Origin: a virus
Lineage: Duplodnaviria > Caudoviricetes
Virus record (IMG/VR): IMGVR_UViG_2974521131_000001
Span: 19,725-83,724 of that record
Strand: one strand, 5' to 3'
Length of the DNA: 64,000 nucleotides
The notes below the pieces were generated by a model. That model did not search any database. It was given only the letters and a program-made list of their open reading frames with translations, and had not been told where the DNA came from. Position numbers and translations under genes: made by a program. Of the stretch, positions 19,726 through 29,218 are shown one piece after another; positions within the stretch are counted from its first letter, which is position 1; every line of letters begins with the position of its first letter.

Positions 19726-20103
19726 GTGAAAAACATGTTCGGACAAGAGATCACTATCGGATCCGTCGTCGCAGTCGGCTTTCGACGCTCGAATTCGTCG
19801 TCTCACGCCCTCGGCGTCGTGCTGGACATGGTCCCCATTCCCTACACCCACTACAGCTGGGTGCCGTCGGTCAATGGCGGTCGGCCATGGACCCGCGTTA
19901 GCGAGCAACGCGAGTGGATGAAGGTGAAGGTCCGCTGGATCCCCGCGACCAGTGAGTACACCTTCATCAGCCACTGGGACGTGAACGACCTCGTCCTCGT
20001 TGACGACTCGACGCTGGACGCGGAGTACCGAGGTCGCCTGGACACCGCGTACGAGGCGTACATGCTCGATGAGAAGAAGCCCAGTGAATTCGTCGCGGAG
20101 TGA
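19726..20103 (+). CDS. Hypothetical protein (SH3-like N-terminus)
   Basis: First gene of rightward operon; DMFG.EI..G.VV-type start. Confidence 0.6.
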   Translation: MKNMFGQEITIGSVVAVGFRRSNSSSHALGVVLDMVPIPYTHYSWVPSVNGGRPWTRVSEQREWMKVKVRWIPATSEYTFISHWDVNDLVLVDDSTLDAEYRGRLDTAYEAYMLDEKKPSEFVAE

Positions 20104-20347
20104 GTTCCTCGCCGACCGTAACCGCATGCTCGAACTGCTCTGGGAGCTGGATCGCGAGCTGCGGGAATGGCATGCGAGCGGTGCATGGCGATTCGATGAC
20201 GCCCAGGAGGCGGTCGTCGCCCACCAGAAGAAGATGACCGAGCGGCATGTTCTACATGACCAGCTACTCGGTATGAACTGCCGACCCTGGCATTTCAGTC
20301 CCGAACGGGACAACTCATGGCTTGCTCGTAACCAAAAAGCTGCCTGA
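20084..20347 (+). CDS. Hypothetical protein
   Basis: Fills gap; start uncertain. Confidence 0.4.
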   Translation: MNSSRSEFLADRNRMLELLWELDRELREWHASGAWRFDDAQEAVVAHQKKMTERHVLHDQLLGMNCRPWHFSPERDNSWLARNQKAA

Positions 20348-20365
20348 CCTGCGAATACAGGATCG
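20344..20365 (+). repeat. Extended motif CTGACCTGCGAATACAGGATCG (copy 4)
   Basis: Near-identical to copies at 42585 and 45613. Confidence 0.75.
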
Positions 20366-20383
20366 GGTGACAATGGTACAACG

Positions 20384-20710
20384 ATGGGTACAAACAAGCT
20401 CAAGCGTTACGCACGCAAGCAGAACGGCGTCCTGACCGACGATCCCGATGCTCTGCTGTCTGCGCTGCAGATCACGAAGCGCCTTGTCTCCGAAGCGAAT
20501 GCGCAGGGAGCGCCGCTATCTGTCGCGGCTGCCCTCGACACTGCACTGGGTATGGCTGCCCCGAAGGATCCCGCACGGACCTGGTGGTCCGCGATCCGAC
20601 TCATCGTGCGACACAACGAAACTGGCAAGTCCAACCTCGCTGTGCTCGCCGACGCCATCCAGGCGCAGGGCAAGGTCAACACCAAGATCAAGCAGAGGAT
20701 CGCAGCATGA
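20384..20710 (+). CDS. Hypothetical protein
   Basis: High GC3. Confidence 0.6.
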   Translation: MGTNKLKRYARKQNGVLTDDPDALLSALQITKRLVSEANAQGAPLSVAAALDTALGMAAPKDPARTWWSAIRLIVRHNETGKSNLAVLADAIQAQGKVNTKIKQRIAA

Positions 20711-20979
20711 GCGACGAAATCTCCACTCCCGGCCTGATTGCCACTGGCGGTGCAGTAGTCACCGCAGGCGTGGTCGGCGCAGTCACTGAGGCGGTCGGTA
20801 TCCCGGCGTCTCTCATCCTCCTGGCGATGAAGCTGGGCGCTGGTGACACTGCCGTCGAGCAGTGGTCCTGGTGGTCGGTGTTCGCACCGGTCTGGGGTGG
20901 CGCACTGGCGACCATCTTCTTCCTGTTCCTGGCCTTCGTTCTCGGCCTGTGGAACGTCATTCGCGCAGCGGCACGCTGA
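20707..20979 (+). CDS. Membrane protein
   Basis: LILLAMKLG..WSWWSVFAPVW conserved membrane motif. Confidence 0.7.
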   Translation: MSDEISTPGLIATGGAVVTAGVVGAVTEAVGIPASLILLAMKLGAGDTAVEQWSWWSVFAPVWGGALATIFFLFLAFVLGLWNVIRAAAR

Positions 20980-21053
20980 CGTACCCGATTTCCCTTGGCT
21001 GGACGGTCGTGTTGATCGTCGCGGCTTACTTCTACATGCGATTGGTTGATTAG

Positions 21054-21776
21054 TTGAGCGACACCACCATCACGCCCGCGAACCCCTGGCTGGCCCCAGT
21101 GATCGGCAGTGACGACATCGGCGCAGAGCTGGCCGCAGCACTCGTCGCTGCCCAGGGCGAGTTCGGTGCCGTCGCCAAGGACACCGCGAACCCGTTCTTC
21201 AAGTCGAAGTACGCCGACCTCCCTGCCGTCAAGGCAGAGGCGCAGCCGGTGCTCGCGAAGCACGGTCTGGCTGTGATCCAGGAGCCTGGCTTCCAGGTCA
21301 TTGACGGCAAGATCAACGACACGCTGACCACCATCGTGGTCCACTCCAGCGGGCAGGCGAAGGCCTCCACCATGGTGCTGCGTCCCGTCAAGAACGATCC
21401 ACAGGCACAGGGTTCGGCGATCACCTACGCGAAGCGCTACGCCTTCATGGCAGTGCTGGGTCTGGTGGCCGACGAGGATGACGACGGCAACGCCGCGTCG
21501 GGTCGCGGCAAGCCCGCTGCCCGCCAGTCGCGTCCGAAGCAGAACGCCACCAACGACGGTCTGGCCGATCCGGCTGTGAGCGCAGCTGTCGCCCGCGTCA
21601 AGGCTGCCATCAAGTCGGCGAAGAAGACTCCGAAGGATGCCCAGGCGTTCTTCGCGGAGAACTACCCCGACGGCGGCGCTGTGATCGCGTCGACTGATGT
21701 GGCGGCGCTGACTGCAGTGGCCGAGCACTTCGAGGGTCTGGCCAATGCCCAGGCCATCGGCAGCGAGGTCGAGTGA
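21054..21776 (+). CDS. erf: ERF-family ssDNA annealing protein
   Basis: NPFFKSKYADL, QAQGSAITYAKRY..LGLVADEDDDGN signature. Confidence 0.92.
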   Translation: MSDTTITPANPWLAPVIGSDDIGAELAAALVAAQGEFGAVAKDTANPFFKSKYADLPAVKAEAQPVLAKHGLAVIQEPGFQVIDGKINDTLTTIVVHSSGQAKASTMVLRPVKNDPQAQGSAITYAKRYAFMAVLGLVADEDDDGNAASGRGKPAARQSRPKQNATNDGLADPAVSAAVARVKAAIKSAKKTPKDAQAFFAENYPDGGAVIASTDVAALTAVAEHFEGLANAQAIGSEVE

Positions 21777-21985
21777 GCCCGAACGCCCAGGCGGTGACCG
21801 AGGAGATCAAGTCGGCTCGCTGCTCCATGGGCCGCTCGATTGATCAGCGCGACGAGGGTCTGCGTCTGGAGGTTCTGCGCCAGACCACGCGACTCCTGGA
21901 CTGGTTCAACGACACCGACGATTTCATCGAGTTCATGGACGACACGTACACGTGGGTGAAGACGGGAAAGCTACCGAGTGACTGA
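21773..21985 (+). CDS. Hypothetical protein
   Basis: GTGA overlap. Confidence 0.6.
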   Translation: MSPNAQAVTEEIKSARCSMGRSIDQRDEGLRLEVLRQTTRLLDWFNDTDDFIEFMDDTYTWVKTGKLPSD

Positions 21986-22880
21986 CTGGAACATCCCGCG
22001 AGACAAGTATCAGAGGCCGATGCTGTTCCCGCCCGAGGGTGGAAACCGCGTGGCCTACTCGCGCTGTTCCACACTCGCCAAGGACATCGACAAGGCCAGT
22101 GACGGCCTGTTCAAGTACTACCAGACCAACGCCATGGTCGGTATGGCCGTCAACCCTGCACTCCTGAACCGCGTCAAGGCCATCGTCGCCAAGGGCGGCA
22201 ACTGGGATGGCAACAAGGGTGAGTTCAAGGAGATCGCCGAGAAGGCTGAGATCATCGGCGGCTCAACGAACAAGGCCGACCGGGGTACGTCGATCCACGA
22301 CTTCGCCGAGGCCATCGAGACCGACACCCTCGACTGGAACCTGGTTCCCGAGGAGCTGAAGGGTCCACTCGACGGCTACCACCGCGACATCGCATCGAGC
22401 CCGCACATCAAGTTCCTTGCGCGAGAGGTGTTCCTGTCGGTCAACGTGCCGATGAAGACACCAACCGGCAACGCGTTCGTCCTCCGTGCCGCTGGGTCTG
22501 CCGACCGCATCATCGAACTCGATGGTGTGCGCAAGATGGCCGACATCAAGACCGGCAAGGACGACGAGTACCGGATGGGTGTATCCGGCCAGCTCGCCCT
22601 CTACGAGGAGGGTCAGCTGTACCAGGACGCCCAGGTACGCCAGGACATCGACTGGGCCGAGTGGTATCCGAACGCCGACGGTCGGGCTGAATTCGCTTCG
22701 CATGACTGCGATTACGAAGAGGCCATCATGCTGCACTGCCCGCAGTTCCCCGACGACTGGGGTAACTGGAACTGGAAGGTGTTCCGCGTTCCGCTGGAGC
22801 GTGGTCGCCAGATCATCCGATGTGGCCAGTGGGCACGAAAGCTGCGTTACGTGAAGGCATTTCAGGAGGTAGAGGTATGA
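21978..22880 (+). CDS. PD-(D/E)XK exonuclease (RecE/Cas4-like)
   Basis: DRGTSIH, E..L, AGSAD, ADIKTG, QLALY motifs; next to ERF. Confidence 0.85.
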   Translation: MTDWNIPRDKYQRPMLFPPEGGNRVAYSRCSTLAKDIDKASDGLFKYYQTNAMVGMAVNPALLNRVKAIVAKGGNWDGNKGEFKEIAEKAEIIGGSTNKADRGTSIHDFAEAIETDTLDWNLVPEELKGPLDGYHRDIASSPHIKFLAREVFLSVNVPMKTPTGNAFVLRAAGSADRIIELDGVRKMADIKTGKDDEYRMGVSGQLALYEEGQLYQDAQVRQDIDWAEWYPNADGRAEFASHDCDYEEAIMLHCPQFPDDWGNWNWKVFRVPLERGRQIIRCGQWARKLRYVKAFQEVEV

Positions 22881-23203
22881 GCGAGAAGACGATTGAGCAG
22901 CAGCTCACCGACATCCTGAAGGCCGACGAGTACGGGCGAGACGAGGTGTACTGCCTCCGCGCCGAGCCTGACGAGGAGATCGACGGCTTCAAGCATGTCG
23001 CCGTTGAGGAGGGTGAGAACCGCCGCTGGGCGCGTGGGGACACGATCATCGTTCAGCACGTCGACACGGGTCGCTACTTCGCCTTCGACTTCGACCAGGG
23101 GCTGACCGAGTACCAGGAGAACGAGGTCTACACCGACTCCGTGCGTGAGGTCCAGCGTGTAGTGAAGACCGTCGAGATCGTCACCTGGCCGAAGATCAAG
23201 TGA
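22877..23203 (+). CDS. Hypothetical protein
   Basis: GGAGG RBS; GLTEYQENE motif. Confidence 0.65.
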   Translation: MSEKTIEQQLTDILKADEYGRDEVYCLRAEPDEEIDGFKHVAVEEGENRRWARGDTIIVQHVDTGRYFAFDFDQGLTEYQENEVYTDSVREVQRVVKTVEIVTWPKIK

Positions 23204-23796
23204 GCGACGAGTGCCTGAGTCACACCTCGTCCATGGACTCCACATACGTGGTGTCGGAGGACGAGGATGGCCGTGATGTCATCCGCTACTTCTTCCGTGG
23301 CTACATCAACGATGAGGCTGTCTCCCCGCTGATCGAGCAGATCTATTACTGGGACGGGCATTACCCCGATTCCCGGTGGGAGATCGACATCAACTCGCCC
23401 GGTGGAGAGATCTTCCCCTCCATCGCCCTGTTCGGCGCTGTGCGCCGTCACAGCCAGCGTATGGGCGGCAACCACCACATCACCACCCGCGTGTCCGGTA
23501 TGGCCGCGTCTGGGGGAGAGCTGCTGCTGCAGGCCGGTGATCACCGCGTCGGTGGGCTGATGGACATGATCATGATCCACGAGCCGCTGCACTCGTACGA
23601 GGACTCCTCGACCAGCAAGGTCTACGAGGATCTGCGCCGCGCCGACGAGTGGATCCATCGACTGGCCGTTGTCCACTGCGAGCGGGCCACGACGATGTCC
23701 CCGGCCAACTTCCGCGACAAGCTGAAGAACGGCGACTGGTGGATGTACACCGACGAGGCCCTGGATCTCGGGTTCCTAGACGAGGTTGAGCAGTGA
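23200..23796 (+). CDS. ClpP-like serine protease
   Basis: INSPGG, GMAASGG (catalytic Ser), MIHEP (His), EALDLGFLDEV. Confidence 0.88.
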   Translation: MSDECLSHTSSMDSTYVVSEDEDGRDVIRYFFRGYINDEAVSPLIEQIYYWDGHYPDSRWEIDINSPGGEIFPSIALFGAVRRHSQRMGGNHHITTRVSGMAASGGELLLQAGDHRVGGLMDMIMIHEPLHSYEDSSTSKVYEDLRRADEWIHRLAVVHCERATTMSPANFRDKLKNGDWWMYTDEALDLGFLDEVEQ

Positions 23797-24179
23797 CTTG
23801 GGACGACTCCGAGGACTACGTCTACACGGAGCTGAGCCCGCAGCTGCTCGACCAGCTGCTGGACAAGAACTCGTTCCTGATGAACAAGTGGGACAAGCTA
23901 CTTGCCTGGCACCGAGCCCAGTTCCGTTGGTATGAAACACGGTTCAACACCGCGCAGAAGGTCGCTGAGTTCAAGGACAAGGGGCCTGCCACCAAGGCGA
24001 AGGCCGCGTCCATGGCCGACCCCGACGTGCAGCAGTGCCAGCTCGACATGGACATCGCGTACATGCAGCTGGGTACGTGCGAGCGCCGCGTCCACGCCCT
24101 CGACAAGGAAGCGATGAACCTCGGCATGCGCAACAAGCTGCTGGGCACGCTCTACAACAACGGAGGCGGGAACTACTGA
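23793..24179 (+). CDS. Coiled-coil hypothetical protein
   Basis: High GC3, GTGA overlap. Confidence 0.65.
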   Translation: MTWDDSEDYVYTELSPQLLDQLLDKNSFLMNKWDKLLAWHRAQFRWYETRFNTAQKVAEFKDKGPATKAKAASMADPDVQQCQLDMDIAYMQLGTCERRVHALDKEAMNLGMRNKLLGTLYNNGGGNY

Positions 24180-24322
24180 TGGCCGACTATCCGAAGGATG
24201 TCCGCGTCAACACCGCCGACCCCCGCCTATGGGTGAACGGTCTGGCTGAGATCAACATCTCGGCCATCGTGCCCGAGGCCGAACTGCAGACCTTCTTGAA
24301 CCGAATTGGAGAGATCCTGTGA
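24179..24322 (+). CDS. Hypothetical protein
   Basis: TGATG overlap, GGAGG RBS. Confidence 0.55.
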   Translation: MADYPKDVRVNTADPRLWVNGLAEINISAIVPEAELQTFLNRIGEIL

Positions 24323-24642
24323 GCAACCTGGACGAGCTGTACCCGATCCCGTTCGTGTTGGCCGAGCAGCCCCGCATGTTCCTGAACTTCCTTGCGCTGC
24401 ACAGCAACATCCCCGAGGCGTACCGCGACATGATCGCCGCCTGGCTGCTGGAGTACAACACCGCGCTGGGCTACTTCATCGGGACGAACTACGGCATGGA
24501 CGCCCTGCAGGAAGCTGACCTGATCGCGGGTGCGCTGGCGCAGCAGTTCCTGGAGGTCGTGGCAGAGGAGCGTGAGGCTGCCGACGGCCAGATGTTCGAC
24601 AGCCTCGAGAAGGAGATCTTCGGCGATGGCCTACCCCAGTAG
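24319..24642 (+). CDS. Hypothetical protein
   Basis: GGAG RBS, high GC3. Confidence 0.65.
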   Translation: MSNLDELYPIPFVLAEQPRMFLNFLALHSNIPEAYRDMIAAWLLEYNTALGYFIGTNYGMDALQEADLIAGALAQQFLEVVAEEREAADGQMFDSLEKEIFGDGLPQ

Positions 24643-24958
24643 CGCACCGTCGCTGCCGGTCAACCTCGCCGAGTTGGTCTACGTGGCGCTGAGCCACACC
24701 CTGGACTACCTGGACCGCCACGGCACCTTTCCGCCTGAGATGCAGCACAACATGCGCAAGGTGGCGAAGTCGTACGACCGCGACCGCACGGCAGCGCTGA
24801 ACCACCGTGGCGTGCCGACGGCAGTGGTGCAGAAGTACACCGAGGCTGCGGCGAACCGGCTGGCCGAGTGGATCGATGAGCAGGCCGAGAAGAACGAGAC
24901 GAGCGAACTCGATTTCGAGCAGTGGGCGAAGGAGATGACCAGTGACGACCATTCTTAG
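24626..24958 (+). CDS. Hypothetical protein
   Basis: AGGAG RBS, high GC3. Confidence 0.6.
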   Translation: MAYPSSAPSLPVNLAELVYVALSHTLDYLDRHGTFPPEMQHNMRKVAKSYDRDRTAALNHRGVPTAVVQKYTEAAANRLAEWIDEQAEKNETSELDFEQWAKEMTSDDHS

Positions 24959-25412
24959 GATCGCAGGTCCGCACGGCCCCAACGGGTTTCAGGGAGAAGA
25001 CGGTGTCGAGCACTACAATTCCGACGTGGAGACGCCGCATGGCAACCTGGGCCAGCTCCACATCCATCGCGAGGACGGCAAGGTCTACATCACACGCGCT
25101 GACCCGGTGGTACTGGTGCGACGTGGTTACCCTGATGCGTGGAATCCTGATGCGCTGACCGGTGCGTCGATGCACCAAAGCCCGTTCGGCTGGACCACTT
25201 TCAGCTTGACCGCTGAGAACGGGTTCGTTCACTACCGGCTGGTCGAGGATGATCTCCGCTGGGAGGACGACTTCGACGGCGTCGAGAGCTTCCTGGCGAA
25301 GTACTACCTAGGGATCCTGGTGGATTCGAAGTGGACGTTCGCCTACGCACCGCCCGAGGTGTTCAAGCACGAGACGATCACCCGCCAGATGCAGATGGGA
25401 TTGCCGCAGTGA
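24942..25412 (+). CDS. Hypothetical protein
   Basis: AGGAG RBS. Confidence 0.6.
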   Translation: MTTILRIAGPHGPNGFQGEDGVEHYNSDVETPHGNLGQLHIHREDGKVYITRADPVVLVRRGYPDAWNPDALTGASMHQSPFGWTTFSLTAENGFVHYRLVEDDLRWEDDFDGVESFLAKYYLGILVDSKWTFAYAPPEVFKHETITRQMQMGLPQ

Positions 25413-25837
25413 AGGTTTGGGCAGCAGCTGTCGTGAACAACGGCGGCGATCACTATGTCTTCGTCTCGTTGACCGAAGAGGGTATCCAGGAGCAGATCCT
25501 GGAGATGGCCCGCTTCGAGTATGGCGATGAGCCTGACGACTTCGAGCCTGACGTACGACGATTGGCTCCTGGAGCAGTACCTGATCCAGGTGGAGAAGGA
25601 GATCGATCTGTGAGCAACTACGAGATCATCGGCCCTCCGGTCAAGTACACGGACACCAACATCCTGTCGGCGTGGATTGTCGACAAGCTCCCCGCGTTGC
25701 GCCGACTTCCCAACGGGGACAACATGGCTGACGCCGTCTCGTCCATCCTGGCCCTTCATGACGTGTTCGCCCTGGAGGCCATTGCCAAGATCTGGCAGGA
25801 CCACCTCGACTACGGCTGCTGGCTACAGGACGCGTGA
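25409..25837 (+). CDS. Probable frameshift fusion of two small genes (A: 25409-25613; B: 25610-25837)
   Basis: GC3 collapses after ~25543; +1 frame gives high-GC3 tail ending in TGA overlapping a GTG with its own GGAG RBS. Confidence 0.55.
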   Translation: MKVWAAAVVNNGGDHYVFVSLTEEGIQEQILEMARFEYGDEPDDFEPDVRRLAPGAVPDPGGEGDRSVSNYEIIGPPVKYTDTNILSAWIVDKLPALRRLPNGDNMADAVSSILALHDVFALEAIAKIWQDHLDYGCWLQDA

Positions 25838-26232
25838 ATGAAAAGCAGTGCCGCAAGGAAGTTCTCGAGCGCTGCCAAGGGTTCTGCGAGCGATGTGGCC
25901 GGGGTGGACAGGTCACCATGCACCACCGCAAGAAACGCGGCCAAGGTGGACCTTGGGAGCCCTGGAATATCGTCGGACTATGTGGCCACGGCACTACAGG
26001 CTGCCATGGTTGGGTGGAATCTAACCCCCTGGCAGCTGCAGCTACTGGCTGGCATGTTCGGCCATGGGAAGACCCCCGAACCATCGTCCCGATTCCTCTG
26101 TGGAAGTCGGGGGTACACGGCGGATCAGATTCTGCTGGACGAGGCTCTGACCAGCTAGAACGCTTCCTGTATTCACCTCCTGAGCCCCCTTATTCTGATT
26201 ACATCGACACCAGCGACGACTGGTTTCCCTGA
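25834..26232 (+). CDS. HNH endonuclease
   Basis: CERC..HHRK..GG..NIVGLCG.GTTGCH motif; C-terminus may be frameshifted. Confidence 0.8.
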   Translation: MNEKQCRKEVLERCQGFCERCGRGGQVTMHHRKKRGQGGPWEPWNIVGLCGHGTTGCHGWVESNPLAAAATGWHVRPWEDPRTIVPIPLWKSGVHGGSDSAGRGSDQLERFLYSPPEPPYSDYIDTSDDWFP

Positions 26233-26252
26233 CCCCAAGCGAAGCGAGAGAC

Positions 26253-26693
26253 ATGGCCCTGACACTGCCGGAAGTCACCATCGAAGGAACCCTGACCGCC
26301 GATCCCGATCTGCGATTCACTCAGTCGAGCACTGCCGTCGCGAACATCAACATCGCGTGCAACACCCGGCGCAAGAACCCGCAGACCGATCAGTGGGAGG
26401 ACGGCGACACCACGTTCGTGCGTGGCACCGTCTGGAAGAAGCTGGCTGAGAACCTCGCCGACTCGCTGAAGAAGGGCGACCGCGTGCTGGCGCGAGGCAC
26501 CCTGAAGCAGAACAACTTCGAGGACAAGCAGGGCAACAAGCGCTCCACCCTGGAGATGGAGATCACCGACATCGGTGCATCGCTGCGCTTCGCCACTGCG
26601 ACCACCGAGCGTTCCTCGGGTGGCAACGGCGGCGGTGGTCGTCAGCAGGCCAACAATGGCTGGGGCGACGACGACGCTGGAGACTGGGGCTGA
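26253..26693 (+). CDS. ssb: Single-stranded DNA-binding protein
   Basis: G.LTADP.LRFT, GDRV...G.LKQ, acidic/Gly tail. Confidence 0.93.
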   Translation: MALTLPEVTIEGTLTADPDLRFTQSSTAVANINIACNTRRKNPQTDQWEDGDTTFVRGTVWKKLAENLADSLKKGDRVLARGTLKQNNFEDKQGNKRSTLEMEITDIGASLRFATATTERSSGGNGGGGRQQANNGWGDDDAGDWG

Positions 26694-26725
26694 GCCCCTT
26701 CTGAGCTTGTGAACTGAACCGGTGA

Positions 26726-26764
26726 AAGGCCGGTGCCAAACATTTGAATGGCACCGGCCTTTCG
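26726..26764 (+). terminator. Strong hairpin after ssb
   Basis: GAAAGGCCGGTGCCA..TGGCACCGGCCTTTC perfect stem. Confidence 0.6.
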
Positions 26765-26783
26765 TGTCTCACAAGGAGATTCG

Positions 26784-27335
26784 ATGGCCCGTCTAACCCC
26801 CGCCCAGGCCCGCAAGAAGCACCAGTCCACGTTTGACGAGTTCTGGACCTGCTACCCGCGCCACACTCACATCAACGAAGCGTCCAGCGAGTGGGCGAAG
26901 CTGATGGAGGCCGGTCGCGATCCCGTCCAGATCATCGGAGCCGCACGGCGCTACGCGGCCAGTGTCGCCGGAACCGACATGAAATACGTTCCAGGCCCGC
27001 ATAACTGGCTCAAGGCAGGCCAGTACGACGACGCGGACCTGTTCCAGGATGAGCGCCAGGCGCAGGTCACCTGGCTGAAGCAGATGTGGAAGACGGGAAA
27101 CGTCAAGGCGGTCGAGAACCGCTTCCACATCAGCATGCCGAAGCAGTACCCACCAGACGACATGTCTGACCCGCAGGCCATTGAGTTCTGGTACCGCGAG
27201 CAAGCCCGCGCATGGATTTTCGAGATGTACAAGGAGAAGTACGAGAAGTGCCAGCCGAGCCAGCCTACGACGAGCGAGCTGAGCAATCCGTCCTCGGAGC
27301 AATCCTCCACAACCCAAATGTCTTTGGCGATCTGA
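26784..27335 (+). CDS. Replication initiator/replisome-organiser-like protein
   Basis: FDEFW..YPR..A...W..L and P.P.NWL.AG.YDD motif; directly before DnaB. Confidence 0.65.
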   Translation: MARLTPAQARKKHQSTFDEFWTCYPRHTHINEASSEWAKLMEAGRDPVQIIGAARRYAASVAGTDMKYVPGPHNWLKAGQYDDADLFQDERQAQVTWLKQMWKTGNVKAVENRFHISMPKQYPPDDMSDPQAIEFWYREQARAWIFEMYKEKYEKCQPSQPTTSELSNPSSEQSSTTQMSLAI

Positions 27336-28528
27336 AGAAGCTGAAGGCCGAGCACTTCTACCTCCCGGCGCACGAGGTCATCTTCGCGACCCTGTACCAG
27401 ATGTACACCGACGATCAGAAGATCGATTCGATCACGGTGTTCGCGAAGCTGGCCGAGAACCAGGATCTCCGTCGAGTCGGCGGCGCACCGTACCTCGCGG
27501 ATCTGTTGCAGGCCTTCAAGTCTGCCCAGAACGTGGCTGCGTACGCGGAGATCGTCATCGACAAGTGGCGGATCCGGCAGATCAACTCGCTGGGTCAGCG
27601 GTTCCAGGGCATCGCCGCCAACACTGACGAGGTGACGGTGGCATTGGACGCCGCTCGCCGATTCCTGGACGAGGTCGATGACCAGCAGGACATGGACGCG
27701 GTCAATTTCCGCGACCTGTACACCATGTGGACTGAGGCCCAGGAGGACGACCGGCCAGCCATCGAGTCGCCGTTCGTCGGGATGAATGACCGTCTCGCGG
27801 GTGGATTCCAGCGTCAGCGCCTCTATGTCATCGGTGCGCGTCCTGGCTGCGGTAAGACCATCATGGGTGCCCAGCTGGCCCTGTACGCAGCACAGCTGCA
27901 CTACAAGAGCCTCATCTTCAGCCTGGAGCTGTCGAAGGAGGATCTGATGGGCCGGATCCTGGCGTGTGGTGCCCGTGCGGACTACGGCCAGATCACAGCC
28001 AAGCGTATGTCGGCTGAGACCCTGGCGAAGGTCAGCCGGTGGGCTGGTGCCGCAGCGGAGCTGACGCTCGAGGTGGACGACCGACCGGACCACACCATCG
28101 AGTCCATCGCGCAGGCGTGCCGGATCAAGAAGCAGCGTGAGGGCCTGGACTTCGTGTTCATCGACTACCTGCAGCTGATCGAATCGTCCAAGGGGCAGAA
28201 CCGTGTTGAGGCCGTGGACCACATGGCCACTCGCGCACGGCATATCGCACGAAAGTTGGATTGCGTGGTGGTCGTGGCCGCGCAGCTCAACCGCAAGATC
28301 GAGGACAACGGCGGCAAGCCCCGGCTGCCCGTGAAGTCCGACTTTCGCGAATCGGGTGGCATCGAGCAGACCGCTGATGCCGCAATCGTCCTCTCGCGAC
28401 CGGTGGACGAGAACGGAGAAGAGGCCGACAAGATGCCCATGATGAACGTGACGTTCGTGAAGAACCGAACCGGGGTCGAGGGAACCATGCAGCTCCGCGA
28501 GCGGTTCGACCTGGCGATGTTCCAGTGA
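27248..28528 (+). CDS. dnaB: DnaB-like replicative helicase
   Basis: AEQSVLGAIL N-domain, Walker A GARPGCGKT, FIDYLQL, AAQLNR, SDFRESGGIEQ.AD, KNR.G. Confidence 0.95.
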   Translation: MPAEPAYDERAEQSVLGAILHNPNVFGDLKKLKAEHFYLPAHEVIFATLYQMYTDDQKIDSITVFAKLAENQDLRRVGGAPYLADLLQAFKSAQNVAAYAEIVIDKWRIRQINSLGQRFQGIAANTDEVTVALDAARRFLDEVDDQQDMDAVNFRDLYTMWTEAQEDDRPAIESPFVGMNDRLAGGFQRQRLYVIGARPGCGKTIMGAQLALYAAQLHYKSLIFSLELSKEDLMGRILACGARADYGQITAKRMSAETLAKVSRWAGAAAELTLEVDDRPDHTIESIAQACRIKKQREGLDFVFIDYLQLIESSKGQNRVEAVDHMATRARHIARKLDCVVVVAAQLNRKIEDNGGKPRLPVKSDFRESGGIEQTADAAIVLSRPVDENGEEADKMPMMNVTFVKNRTGVEGTMQLRERFDLAMFQ

Positions 28529-28680
28529 GCGACGAATCGATGATGGTGCTGCTGGGCATCCCCGCCGCCCGGCAGACCGAGTTCCTCGCGGTCCTCAACT
28601 CCCAGACGGACAAGGGCTCCGACATCAGGCCGGTCGCCGCCCGCATCATCTGGGACATCATGAAGGGCCAGGGCCGGTGA
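28525..28680 (+). CDS. Hypothetical protein
   Basis: Read manually; GTGA overlaps at both ends. Confidence 0.5.
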   Translation: MSDESMMVLLGIPAARQTEFLAVLNSQTDKGSDIRPVAARIIWDIMKGQGR

Positions 28681-29024
28681 GCAAGCTGTGGCAGAAGGCT
28701 GACGAGTGGACCGAGCACGCCCCGTGTGCGGAGCGGATCGAGTTCATCATCAGCCCCGATGAACTGGGGCCGGATCGGACGGCGGCGGTGAAGGCCACGT
28801 GTGCCGCCTGCCCGGTGCGCCCCGAGTGCATCAAGCTGAACGTGCAGCCGCTCCCCGTGTTCGACAAGCCGAGGATCAAGCTGGCGTCTCACGCAATGTG
28901 GGTGGCCGGTGAGTGGTTACCGGACTTGACGAAGCAAACCTCTGAGGAGCTGGAGGCAAAGCGTCAGCAGCTGATCGATAGCTTGCCAATGGAAGAAGCT
29001 CGACGCCCTTATAGCATGCGGTAG
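28677..29024 (+). CDS. Divergent WhiB-like protein
   Basis: W...A.C..K.TC..CPVR.EC; lacks GxWGG turn. Confidence 0.6.
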   Translation: MSKLWQKADEWTEHAPCAERIEFIISPDELGPDRTAAVKATCAACPVRPECIKLNVQPLPVFDKPRIKLASHAMWVAGEWLPDLTKQTSEELEAKRQQLIDSLPMEEARRPYSMR

Positions 29025-29218
29025 CCGTGATACGTGTCCCAGGTCTGGGACACCTGTCAAGTAGCTATATTCCGTATTTTGGATGCGGAATTTCCGACCC
29101 CGACATGTCAGACCTCGCCCGTACTGTGACGGACGCGCCGCAACGAGATGGTTGACCTTGCAAGAAGCTCAGGTTAACCGTCCACCGATACGGAGCAGAC
29201 CTAGAAAGTAGCTGGAAG

